From Psammoneis japonica (taxonomy: Eukaryota): DNA of 64,000 bases. Shown in pieces: positions 49,303 through 60,978 of the stretch. Where the stretch lies: positions 186,001 through 250,000 of the forward strand of contig QPGO01000077.1 in assembly GCA_008632985.1 (NCBI GenBank), read 5' to 3'. A program made the position numbers and the translations under genes. Under the pieces are notes generated by a model that was not told the DNA's origin, did no database searches, and worked only from the letters and a program-made list of their open reading frames with translations. Each line of letters opens with the position of its first letter. The stretch's first letter is position 1.

Positions 49303-49993
49303 CTACACCACCTCCTTTCCATCCCAGTGATGGAACCAATACTCTGTATCACTACCGTCAATCCATACATAAGTCTTTCCTTGGAATGGCATGAGTGTGT
49401 AGAGTTCTGGTTTCCAATACAGTGGTTGAATGCAAAGACGATCAGCGCCCATGTCGTGCAGTTGCTTTCGTACGTGCATGACATGTTCGCGATGTGTCCA
49501 GCCCTCCTGGACGTAGACACAAAGGGTAAAAGGACACTGTTGTTGTCGTCGTCATTGCGACGTCCCTTTGCGGTAGAGCATTTGATGCTTGATACAACAA
49601 AAGGAGTAGACCCCAATGTAGAACTGTCCCATAGACCACGCGCCAGAGCATCCACAGCCGATTGACGTGTTGTTTGGTTGTCTTTAGATTCCACTTGCCC
49701 GAGGTATCTACACCCTGACGAATGGCAAATTCGAGCATGTTCTGATGATCGATTTGATCTTGGGCCTTGTTTCGACAGTTCTGCTTGAGCCGTATAAGCT
49801 TTACACTTGGTTGGATTGGCTTCATGGCGTCGCGCTCCTCTCGAGACCGAAAACATTGTAACCAATCATGCGTCGTGTCGGCAGTGGGTAAGCACGACGA
49901 GTCATCATCACATTTGCTTTCCAGCAAGGCAAGATCCAAAAAGTATCGCCTTGTTTCGCCATCGCTGCTGCTATCGTCCTCTCTCGAGCTCAT
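49303..49993 (-). CDS. Hypothetical protein, apparently split by two frameshifts
   Basis: Natural-looking segments in three successive frames (MSSREDD..., SAVDALARG..., MHVRKQLHDMGADRLCIQPLYWKPELY...EVV*). Confidence 0.4.
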
Positions 49994-50475
49994 TGTCTAT
50001 TCTTCCTTCCGATGTGTGCTGTGCCGTGTTTCTGTGTTCTGTGTGGCACAACGAGTCGGATGGTCCGAATGGGCCACTCTTCTTTCGGTGCTGTTGTGAG
50101 GATGAGCTACTTGATGATGTTTTTTAAAAGATTTTCGTTGGGTCGATCCTCCTGAAAAGTGAGCACAGTGGCGTTGCATTAAGTGAAAAGGTTGAACAAT
50201 ATGCCCATGAGTGCTCACCTGGTCGCCTTCTTGGAATTTCCACGTCTTCGAGTTGAACTCTACCCAACGAGGTGATCTCCACGCCGCACAAGTTTAATCG
50301 ACATGAGTATAAACAGAGGAATAACAAGCCTACTTTCTTACAACCAAACCGGTTGAATAGTATATAAAACAAGCTCTAGAATATATCCCACAAACAATAT
50401 ATATAAAGGAAGACGGCTACTCCGTCACCAGATGCAACACGTAGTATGGTATTCGGCGAGAACTTCCCAAGGGGT

Positions 50476-51684
50476 CTATGATCCCTTTTTGTCCAGTGCC
50501 TCAAGCTCTCGAAAGGCATCTTGGAGTGTCTTGAGCAACTGATGTTGTTGGTTCGTCAGCACTTCCACTCTCTCACTCAGCTCGGCTATTCGTCTCTGGG
50601 AATACATCTCTTCACTCTCGAACGCATGATCGGCTTGTTCGGCATGCATCATGTCGTTTTCGTGCTCTTGCACGGCAACGGCGTCACAGACAACGGCAAT
50701 AATGAGATTGTAGACAATAAAGGACGTAATGGCCACGTATGAAACGAAAACCACCCATGACCATTGGTACACGGCCATGGTTTCTCGTGCAACGCCACCC
50801 CAATCCTCCAGGGTCATTATTTGAAACAGCGTAAGCAAGCTCAAGTCCAGCCTTCCAAAGTAATCTATTTCCGTGTGACCATCCTTGTGCAAGTCCTTGA
50901 AGAGATAGGTGCAAAGCACACCGTAAATGTAAAAGACCAAAAGCAGCAGAGCCGAAATGGCAGCCATGCGCGGCATCACAGCAAACAACGCCACAACCAG
51001 TGTTCGTAGTCGTTCCAGCCGCGTAATGAGTCGCAAGGCCCGAAAGATACGAAAGGCTCGAATAATCTGCATCGAATCAAATGCCCAAGACATGACCACA
51101 ATGACAAGGTCAAAGACAAGCCATCCATCCAAGAAGAGTTGCAGCCCGCGATAGAAAAACTGCATGGAAATCTCCACTGTAAAAATCACGAGAAAGACCG
51201 TATCGGTTGTCTCAAACGCTTTACTCCGGGTGGGGTCGTCTTTGATAAAGTCAAACGTTGCAATACCCATCATGATGGCATTAATAATGATGAGAATCAC
51301 AATAAAGGTTTGAAAGTGCGCATTGTTCACCACCAAACCGGTTAAATGTCTTGCTCGTTTGAGCTTGGCCATCAATCCCGTTTCGTCGTCTGCGACTGAT
51401 TTCTCGGATTGTTCGTCCGCTGTGCCGCCACCGGAAACATCTACACCCTTGTTGTCCGAAGGGGGAGTCTCCATGCTGTCATCACTATCCCCGTGATCAC
51501 CGTGAAAGGCAATTTCCGTTTCCGACGTTTCGTGAAACGCATCGGTCGCGAGGGAGGGTTTACTGGGCTTGTTGAGTTCTCGCGAGAGACTTCTTTTCAG
51601 ATCGAGTTCACTCAGTTCATCCTCCATTTCTAATTTCGAGCTCAATCCTGCGTCTTTATCCTCGTCTTTTACGACATTCACCAT
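50476..51684 (-). CDS. Single-domain voltage-gated Na+/Ca2+ channel (EukCatA/BacNav-like), filter TLEDW
   Basis: 6 TM helices, S4 'RAFRIFRALRLITR', P-loop 'YFGRLD..LFQIMTLEDW', S6 'NLIIAVVC', C-terminal coiled coil. Confidence 0.92.
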   Translation of the reverse strand: MVNVVKDEDKDAGLSSKLEMEDELSELDLKRSLSRELNKPSKPSLATDAFHETSETEIAFHGDHGDSDDSMETPPSDNKGVDVSGGGTADEQSEKSVADDETGLMAKLKRARHLTGLVVNNAHFQTFIVILIIINAIMMGIATFDFIKDDPTRSKAFETTDTVFLVIFTVEISMQFFYRGLQLFLDGWLVFDLVIVVMSWAFDSMQIIRAFRIFRALRLITRLERLRTLVVALFAVMPRMAAISALLLLVFYIYGVLCTYLFKDLHKDGHTEIDYFGRLDLSLLTLFQIMTLEDWGGVARETMAVYQWSWVVFVSYVAITSFIVYNLIIAVVCDAVAVQEHENDMMHAEQADHAFESEEMYSQRRIAELSERVEVLTNQQHQLLKTLQDAFRELEALDKKGS

Positions 51685-52375
51685 TTTAAAATAATATGCT
51701 TTTGTTTCAAGGAATCGGGCAAAACGTCCCGGGTATTTTTGAGGTACCTCAACACACCGTTCTCTGCGTTCTTTCTGTTCTTTTTGTTATCTGAAGTCAG
51801 CCATATAATTCGAATTTGTTGAGTGCTTGTGCTTTCAATCGAGAAGAAGCAAATAAAAAGCTAAACCTTATAGAGGATATATGCAAACAAACAACAGCAA
51901 CAGCAGTGTTCCACAAGTCACAGCGATACTGTACTTGAAGTGAAAGGCGGGGTGAAGCGCTTTCTTCTCACCGCCAAAACCAGCCGCGAAAAAGCAAAAT
52001 GTTGGAGCAGTATGACCAATCCACGTAAACGATATACAGTGTTAAGGCTTATATGCATTAATAATGTATACGCTTTTATATAATATGTAAATAAGCTGTT
52101 TTTCAACGGAAGGCACTTTCACATGGCGTACTGAAAGTACGTACGAAGGACCACGTGCGTCAGACATTTACGTCAGTGCAGAAAAAGTGATACTGAAGTG
52201 ATGACTTAGAAGTGGTCCGTGCGTGGTCAGACCAACCACCCGACGACGACGACACGCGACTCCTCCTCTACGCTCTAGCTAGGACCAACAATGGTCGGTT
52301 ATCGTCCCTATTGCCTGACTAGAGTCCATAGATACACCATAATGCAAACTCTCTATAATCTAATTTAGTTTCAGC

Positions 52376-53464
52376 TTATTCCAATGACACTTCGCCTTCG
52401 TCATCGTCATGAAGCGCCCCCTTTGATCGCAAAAGTAGCTCCAGCTTTAGCGTCAATTCATCAATTTTCCCCTCGAGTCGAGCAACATGTTGCGCAACTT
52501 GTGTGGAGGGAGGAGAGTCATATTTCTCCTCTTGTACCCGCTTTCCTTCTTGCTTTTCGTTGTGAACATTAAACATGGACTCACACAGCACGGCAATTGT
52601 GAGATTCGCCAAGACCAAGGATGCACTCATCACAAAGGCAAGAAAGGGCATCCATGCCCACGGAAACGCTTCCATGACTTCCTGTGTCGTTTGTGCCCAG
52701 TTGTCCAGAGTCATGATTCGAAATAAAGTGAACAACGTTTCATCCATTCGAGAAAAGCAATCCTCACTGGTGACGCCTTGTTCATGCAAGTCCTTGTACA
52801 GAGTTGCAAAGAGGACTGCAAAAATGTAAAAGAAAATGCTCAACAAAAACGTGACGCTAAATAGCTTGGGGACAGCTCGAAGGAGGGCGTTGGAAACACT
52901 CTTGAGGGGCTGAATTCTGGTTGCCAGTCTGAGCGTTCGAATCAATCGAAACGCACGAAGCACCAAGAGAAAGGGCATGAACCACGAAAAGGCAACAATC
53001 ACCGTGTCGTAGAGCAGCCAACCGTCACTGAAAAAATTAACCTTGTGATGGAGTGCTTGAAGAATCACTTCTCCCGAGAAAACAATCAAAAATGTGTAAT
53101 CGAGCACGTGAAACAGCCTCTTTACGTTTTCGTTTGCAAAATCAAATGTTCCAATTCCCAGTGCAATGCTGTTGAGCATGATCAAGACAATGATGGCACG
53201 CTTAAATCGCGCATCCTCCACGATCCGACCACTCCACCGACTGTTCCATTCGACAAAGGTTTGTGGCGGTGGTGCACCCAACACTTCCACGCCGTCAATC
53301 GAATCGGCAAACATGGTTGGTTGTGTGCTGCACGTCGAAAGCTTGTCGTCTTCGGCCAAGACATGAGCCTGGTCTGTTGTGAATGTTTTTGGGACATCTT
53401 CGGGTGTTGTGTCAATGTTGGATGTATTGCATGTCTCATTTTGAGTAAACCATGATGAACTCAT
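52376..53464 (-). CDS. EukCatA-like channel paralogue 2, filter TLDNW
   Basis: S4 'RAFRLIRTLRLATR', 'CFSRMD..LFRIMTLDNW', 'NLTIAVLC'; start codon taken as the Met at 53464. Confidence 0.88.
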   Translation of the reverse strand: MSSSWFTQNETCNTSNIDTTPEDVPKTFTTDQAHVLAEDDKLSTCSTQPTMFADSIDGVEVLGAPPPQTFVEWNSRWSGRIVEDARFKRAIIVLIMLNSIALGIGTFDFANENVKRLFHVLDYTFLIVFSGEVILQALHHKVNFFSDGWLLYDTVIVAFSWFMPFLLVLRAFRLIRTLRLATRIQPLKSVSNALLRAVPKLFSVTFLLSIFFYIFAVLFATLYKDLHEQGVTSEDCFSRMDETLFTLFRIMTLDNWAQTTQEVMEAFPWAWMPFLAFVMSASLVLANLTIAVLCESMFNVHNEKQEGKRVQEEKYDSPPSTQVAQHVARLEGKIDELTLKLELLLRSKGALHDDDEGEVSLE

Positions 53465-53589
53465 GGAGTGGCGTACTTTCCAAAAGTGCGGTGCGCAGCA
53501 CTCGTCTACATACGGACAAACAGCACTAGACTCTACGCACCAAACACAACAAGATTTCACTTCATTACGACAACAGCACGGGAAGTCTA

Positions 53590-54530
53590 TCATGTCGGGT
53601 GCATCGACGTCACTGCGCTTCTTGCGTGTAAAAAATGCATCAATCCACTAATGTCACGCATGCGAATTGGATGGGATGCAGGATCTTGCAAATCTGGTGA
53701 AAAAATCGTCCCCCCGTGCTTCACCGTGTTAAAAACCCCGTGCCAATCCTCCACAATGAATGAAAATCCAACTTTTCGTCAAAATCTGTTGTCGCGTGCT
53801 CACTTCAGTGCTTCATCAATGCGATCGACCGAGAAAACACAAAATGCACCCCAAAAAAAGTGAAAAACAACAGTCCCACCGCGGCCAAAACCTCTACGTG
53901 ATTTCAGTGCCAAGTTGTACGTGCCAAAAACTCTTCGTCACCAATGGCTCAACCAGCTCCCAAAACAACTCGATCATTGTCATTTGACATTGACATCTCA
54001 TTTCTTATCATATCAGTTGTTGTCTCGGTGCATCATAACCTCCCAGTCTGCTGTCGTTGTTGTGTGCGTCCATTGCCGATGTCGCGGCGTCGTTGCCGTG
54101 ATGTTTGTGTGTGAAGTGAATTCAAGTGAACATCTCTACGAATTTTGTAGTGCATTTTTACGTACGTATATTTTGTGTAGATCAGGTATGCGCACCGAAT
54201 TTTTGAAAGTACGCCACTCCATTGTTCACAGCAGTCAATGTGATGAATGAGGAGAGCGAGGGGTTTTATAGAAAAAGCTGAAGAATGAAAAAAAAAAAAA
54301 AAGTGCAGAAAAAAAGTGTGCGGCAGGATTTTTGGAATTTTGAGCGGGCGTGCTGGAAAATTCGGAGTTCTCATGAACATTTAATAATAAGAAGATTGAT
54401 AAACTTGTATAATATAAATAGTTAAGTCATTATTAGAAATCTAAGGCAACGTTTATTTTTACTATCTGAAAGTATTTTATGAATATCTCCACACATGTAT
54501 TATTTATTTAGATGTCGTTTATGTGACAGG
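53590..54530. mobile_element. Probable non-autonomous element remnant between channel paralogues 2 and 3
   Basis: TA-poor but CpG-rich left part and very AT-rich right part; no TIR or TSD confirmed. Confidence 0.35.
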
Positions 54531-54809
54531 TCAGGCCGTGGTACGTGGACTCGTGACTGCTTCATGCACCACGTGGTATAAAAATTGTGTAAGTAGAATC
54601 ATAGTAGATCAGCGCCAGTAGTTTCGACAGTCAAAGAATGTTCACGGTTTCCTGCGACAACAGGACACCTTCAATCTGATCGCATCGATCGATCGCAAGA
54701 CGTGTCGCTGCTTTGTTGTGTGTGTTGCTATTGAGGCGTTTGCTATTGATGAATAGACTGTACTGAAACATTAAAGACAGTGCCCTTTAGAGTTTTATCA
54801 GCAAGCAAG

Positions 54810-56351
54810 ATGGATCGAACATCGGTCCTGGGGAAAATACGGGCATTTCGGAACAAAGAGGGAAGCAACAGCTCGTATCAAAATTTCGAACGTTCCGGTA
54901 CTGAAACACTCGCCAGCAACAACAATAGTGTCGTTCTTCCTCAAGATGCACTCGATCAAAACAACACTCGCGAATCGCTGTTGTCAGTTCAATCAACGTC
55001 GACCGCTCGTGATATGCTTATCAACCTGAATAAAGCTCGCAAGTTCGCGGGAAAGGTTGTAAACTCGGAGCGAGTGCAGTGGTTTATTGTGATTCTCATC
55101 GCCATCAATGGTATTATGCTTGGAATCGGGACATTTGACTTTGTTTCGGAGAATGAGAACGTGAAGAATGCCTTCAATATTGTGGATAAAATCTTTCTCG
55201 TCATTTTCACAATTGAGCTTGGGTTACAGTTTCTCTATCATGGGTGGAGGCTCTTGCTCGATGGGTGGCTTGTGTTTGACCTTGTGGTCATTACCATGTC
55301 TTGGGCCTTTGAATCGATGCAGATTGTTCGAGCCTTTCGAATCTTTAGGGCATTGAGGCTCATCACACGTATCAAGGTTATGAAGCACTTGGTTCTGGCC
55401 ATATTTGGTGTTATGCCTCGTATTATGGCCATTATATTCTTGCTCTGTTTGATCATGTACATCTTCACAGTCATGTTTACGGTTCTCTTTGGAGATTTGT
55501 ACACGGATTACTTCTCTGAATGGGATTACTTTGGACGATTAGACTTGACCTTTTTCACTCTCTTTCAACTCATGGTGAGTCTCTCTGACAAACTCAGTTG
55601 TGCTTCTTTCATGGTCCTATGTTGATGCTGATTCGTGCTTTCTCTGCTCGTACTCTTTTGTTGTAGACTCTTGACGACTGGGCATCCATTGCTAGGCAAA
55701 CGATCGACGCATACAGCTATGCTTGGTTGCCTATCCTCGCATACCTTATCATCACTGGCTTTATTGTGGTGAACCTCATTATCGCTGTGATTTGCGACGC
55801 GATTGCTGACTTGAATGATGATCAGATTGCCAAGATCCACGGGACGTACGAGTCAGAGAGACAGTTGCAGCTTGACGACCCACCACCGGCAAAGACCCGG
55901 CGGACCTCAAGACAGGGAGGGTCGGTGATGGACGAGACGAATAGTGATGCTCCGGTGCCAGAAACCAGCAGCGACGCTGGAAGAGACAGGCGGCGGTCCT
56001 CAAGGCTCAGTTTCATTGGAATTCCCATGGAGTCGAGAAGTGACGCGGCCGAGAACGGCAGCGATACGGGACGAAGAATGTCTCATTCAAAGAAGCAACG
56101 ACGCAGGAGTTCAAATCAAAGTACGAATAGCGCGGCTGAGGCACTCCTCCATAACGATGAAGAAAACGAGGTATAACTTTGCTGACAACCTGGTGACGAA
56201 CGCCAGTGTCTTGAGCGAAAGGAGCATTGACGGTCGAATCGATTCACTTTCGGAACAGGTCGAGGCACTTGCGCAGATTCAGGAAGAAACGCAAGTAGCA
56301 ATGAATCAGCTAACGTCATTTCTTGAGCAGCGACGAAAAAAGGACAGATAA
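54810..56351 (+). CDS. EukCatA-like channel paralogue 3, filter TLDDW; intron 55575-55666; terminal coiled coil in a shifted frame after ~56170
   Basis: S4 'RAFRIFRALRLITR'; splicing GTGAGT..TAG joins FQLM|TLDDW; 'IDSLSEQVEAL' lies in another frame. Confidence 0.88.
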
Positions 56352-56732
56352 AGAGGTGCGGCAGGGGTTGGGACTGGTTGCAGTGGCGACTGGTCCCACG
56401 TCGCTTCATAAACAGTAAACTACATCATATCGAGTAAATAGAATTTTCTTGAACATGCTTTTAACCAGTTTGATTTCCTCGAAGGATCTAAACTTGTGAT
56501 TTGTGCTCTACTACCCTGTTGCGACTCAACTGTTTTTCGTCCCTCGACCGAGATGCATCATACACGTGTTTTTATTTATCACTGGAGCAACAACTATTCA
56601 CTTTTGACAACTAATCCTACTTTTTACATTTAATTCCACTACTAAATCGACAAGCTGCGCCGTATTTTCAATGCATGGCGCCCTCGGCTAGTCGAGAGTC
56701 CCACAGACTCTGCAACAAACATTCATCTGCTT

Positions 56733-59180
56733 TTAGAGCAGAGCCACACCAACAGACGCGGCAATCAGCGCGACAACCAAAGACACAATGCTCTTGCCGG
56801 CATCGGATGACTCCTCGCCTCCAGGACTGTTGGCCCGGGGAATGACATTTGGCGCCGCCGTGGCCACGGTCGGCAAGACACTGGGTGCCTCCGAAGGTTC
56901 ATCAGAGGGCATTCCGCTAGGGCGGCGCTCGGAATACCAGAAGCCTCCATCGTGGGGGATTCAGATGGGCTTGACGAAGGCTTTGTACTCACAGATGGAG
57001 TGGCCGATGGACGAAGACTGGGCTGCCAAGACGCAGAAGGAGCCCCAGTGGGTGGTAGAGTAGGACCTACCGACGGCGTTGTGGATGGGCTCACCGACGG
57101 CACCTTCGTAGGATAGTTTGTAGGCGGCAAAGACGGAGTGCCAGTTGGGGAATGCGATGGTAAGGTGGTCGGATTCGCCGTTGGCTCCTTTGAAGGGGAT
57201 TTCGTTGGATTCATCGTGGGCGAACTGCTCGGCATGTCAGTTGGGGACTGGGACGGCTCATTCGATGGGGCGGCAGTTGGGGTAACGGAAGGAGTGCCCG
57301 AGGGCTTCGTCGTGGGGCTTTCCGACGGACTTGACGACGGCTCCGGGCTTACAGATGGTTCTGCAGATGGACTCAGACTAGGCTGGGTTGACACAGAGGG
57401 GGGCGCACTCGGATGAAGAGTCGGACCAACCGAAGGGACAGCGCTGGGGGCACTCGACGGAGACTCCGAAGGAGAGTTGGATGGCATCGAAGAGGGAGTG
57501 CTACTCGGGGAGTGCGAAGGTGTGGCACTGGGGCTTTCAGACGGTTCCTTTGAAGGCGAGGCCGACGGGGCCAAAGAGGGCGATGTAGTCGGTGACGCCG
57601 ATGGCGCATCAGAAGGTGTAGCGCTGGGGCTCTCAGACGGTTCCTTTGAAGGTGAGGCCGACGGGGATGAAGACGGGGCGGCGCTGGGACTCTTGGACGG
57701 TGCTTTCGAAGGCGAAGCAGATGGAGCCATGGAGGGTGAAGCAGATGGGGACCGGGATGGGGCAGCGGAGGGCTGTGCGGATGTACGCGGGGGCGTTCCA
57801 AAGATACGAACAAGTCCGGTAGACTCTCCATCGGCGTTGAAAGAGTTAACAGAGCCAGCAGCTAGACGACCGCCTTCGCCTGTCATGGACACACCCAATA
57901 GACCGTATCCCAAGCGAGGAGTACCGTCCTCGCCGTAAATGTCAGCTCCAGCGGGAACCCATTCACCGTCAAGATAGTCAAACATCTGCACTATCCCACT
58001 TCGAGTGTTGCGACGATAGGAGGAAGCAGCAATACGGTTTCCGTCTTCAGAGATGGCCACCGTGCGGCCATACTTGTCGTCGAGAGTATTACCTCCAAGC
58101 TCTTGGCCTTTGAGGACCCAGCCGTTAGACGTGATTTCGTACACGCTGACCTTCCCGAATTGTGGGCCAAACATGTTACTGCCTGGAGAACCAACAATTA
58201 CGGTCGAGCCGTCGGCACTCATATCCATTGAAAAGCCAAGACTGTCACCTCGAGAGTCGCCTACAATGTCACGACCAATCTGTACCCACATGTTGTTGAC
58301 GGAGATATAGTCAAAGACCTGCACCATGCCATGATCGTCTTCGTAGTTGGGTGCCGACACGGCGATACGGTTTCCATTTGACGAGACGGCCGTCTTCCAA
58401 CCAAAGCGATTGTGGTAATCAAGGCCGTCCAAGGTTCCCATGGGCGCCCAAACGCCATTGAACTCCTTGAAAATCTCAACACGACCGGTAAAGTCATTGT
58501 GCCGATCCGAGCTTACAATGACACGACTCCCGTCCGGTGTCAAGGTAACGTCCGCTCCATCGGCTTCCATATAGAGCGACACAATGGGAACTGGATGAAA
58601 TGTAGGCGTAACATCGTAGATATCCACTCCGTTTGGATTGATACGGCGAATCGCGATACGGGACCCGTCCTCCGAAAGCGAGATGTGATCACCAATGCGC
58701 TCGTGGCGGTTACCACTGACAAACCAAGTAAGGTTCCAGCCACTGCTAACTTCTTCGTAGATAAAGACACCACCACAGTCCTCCTTCAAGTGACTCTGGT
58801 TGGCATAGGGAGTGCTCCAATCGTGCTCAACGGCTCCAACGGCCAAGCGGGATCCACCAGCCGAAGAGAGTCTGACAGAGGTTCCAAACTTCGTTTGGGG
58901 AGAAAAGACCGCCGCCGGAGTACCGTAGATCTCTCCAAGGTCGACAAAACCATCGGGGGTATCAAGACGACGAGCACCGGCATCAAGCTTGGCAGATCGC
59001 TGTAAAGGAACAGACACGACAGCGAGACCAAGTCGTGAGAACGTCATCACGGTATCAGTTCTGATAGACCAGAAACAGTGAGAGACGGGAACGTTCGACA
59101 CTTACCAAGTTGATACCAACAACGGGAGCAACCAACGCCATAACGGTGGCCAGAGTAAAGGCAAGAACAAGACGAGGCAT
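56733..59180 (-). CDS. Cell-surface FG-GAP/integrin-alpha-like beta-propeller protein with a PS stalk and GPI-like C-terminal signal; intron 59105-59000; 1-bp error ~56922
   Basis: Signal peptide 'MPRLVLAFTLATVMALVAPVVG'; repeats 'FG..V.LS.DG.R.AV.AP...G.V.VF'; corrected end 'GGEESSDAGKSIVSLVVALIAASVGVALL*'. Confidence 0.85.
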
Positions 59181-59975
59181 GATTGCTTTGAGAATCACAA
59201 TGGATTGCTTTACGAAATCCGTCAAGTGAAGAATTGTGAGATATTCTTAGCGTGCAAGTGTAGTGATCCCAGGACGGGCAAATGAAGGTTTTTGGCGATA
59301 TAAGACGAGAATGGTGTTGCGTGATTGATCAATCAGGTTTTGCCAGATCTGAAAACCTGTTCTCATAATCTGCAACGGCTGGTCCGAGAACAACGTAAAC
59401 CTGCCGATTCGGTAACGGCAGCCTGTGTCCGCCACCCCAAACATACCGCAGAATGCAATTTCATGCCAAATTATACGGAAATGTCAAGCAGAATTCAAGC
59501 ATGAACCTCAGATTCTTGGTTCATGCCTTCCAACATTCCTGCACCCATCCTTTCGTTTGATGCCGTTGTGCATTCGTCAGGAACCCAACACGTGACACGT
59601 GAGACCTCTGTTCTCACAATTTAGAAGATCAAGACTGACTCTTTTCGAAGGCCCCTTTTCTTCAACTTATTCTGGAAAGTATACATGATTGGAACAAACT
59701 GTTTTTTGCGACAGCGAATCCATAATCAATACTGTTACCATCGTCATGGTCTCAAGCGAGTTGTCGCTCGTCGTCGGATGTCGGATTCTTTGGTTTCAAA
59801 AGAATTTCAGCAGTTTTTCATCCTGAACACGAAAAATGCAGAAAAACGACGAAAATTAGATTGTCAACATTTTTGACGAATTTTTCGAAAAATGAAAGAT
59901 ACACCCATAACACCCAACACCCTCAACCCTCAACCGGCTTGCAGAGCTTGCAACAACAACAACAAAAGCAACATC

Positions 59976-60785
59976 ATGTCTGCTGCATCAACTCTCTTTA
60001 GTGTTGCCGGAAAGAATGTCTTGGTGACGGGTGGCTCTCGAGGGATCGGGTTCATGATTGCCAAGGGTTTCCGTCAAGCCGGTGCAAATGTCTTGATTAC
60101 ATCACGCGATGCCAACGCATGTGAACAAGCCGCATCGTCGATTGATTGTCAGTTTGTCGCCAGCAACGTTTCGTCAAGACAGGGCTGCAGAGACCTTGTT
60201 GCTCATGCTTCGAATCTTTTTGATGGAAGGTTGGATGTACTCGTCAACAACGCTGGTACTTCGTGGGGTGAACCGTTGGAACGAGAAAGCGGCAAGGCGA
60301 ACTGGGGGTGGGATAAAGTTCTTGATTTGAATGTAAAGGGAATGTTCTATTTGAGTCGAGAATGCGTACCGTTCTTGGAACGAAAGTCGGTCCCTGTGGA
60401 AGATCCTGGACGGATCATCAATGTTGGCAGCATCGCAGGAATAATCCCTCAGGCAGCTCCAACGCATGCATACGATGTGAGCAAGGCGGCCGTTCATCAC
60501 TTGACCAAGAAAATGTGTGCCGATTTTGCCCCGCGAGGCATTACTGTTAATGCACTTGCTCCGGGCTTTGTACCATCGCGCATGAGCAAGGGTCTAGAAG
60601 CTTGGGGCGGGGACAAAGAGGCCCTCGAAAAGGGGATACCTCTTGGCCGAATGGGCAACGACGACGACATGGCTGGAGCCTGCATCTATCTTTCCAGCCG
60701 TGCGGGTTCTTGGTGCACAGGTGTGATCTTGAATGTGGACGGAGGAGCTGTTGGTGCCATGCAGCATCAACTCTCAAGCCTCTAG
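59976..60785 (+). CDS. Classical short-chain dehydrogenase/reductase (RhlG-like) with a C-terminal SSL (PTS1-like)
   Basis: TGGSRGIG, NNAG, YDVSK, NALAPG. Confidence 0.92.
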   Translation: MSAASTLFSVAGKNVLVTGGSRGIGFMIAKGFRQAGANVLITSRDANACEQAASSIDCQFVASNVSSRQGCRDLVAHASNLFDGRLDVLVNNAGTSWGEPLERESGKANWGWDKVLDLNVKGMFYLSRECVPFLERKSVPVEDPGRIINVGSIAGIIPQAAPTHAYDVSKAAVHHLTKKMCADFAPRGITVNALAPGFVPSRMSKGLEAWGGDKEALEKGIPLGRMGNDDDMAGACIYLSSRAGSWCTGVILNVDGGAVGAMQHQLSSL

Positions 60786-60978
60786 TCGATTCTCTTACGA
60801 TGAATGAAGAATTAGTAAAACTAACTTCACCTGCGGAAATGCAGGTGAAAAAAAAAGAATGATACCGTAGAAGCGCCATCCTTCCAAGTCATACATACGT
60901 CTCTAGAGAAACACCTTGCTACTTGTCCCTACTAGAGACACTATCAACCGCGCAACTAATAAACTCTTTCAACAACTT

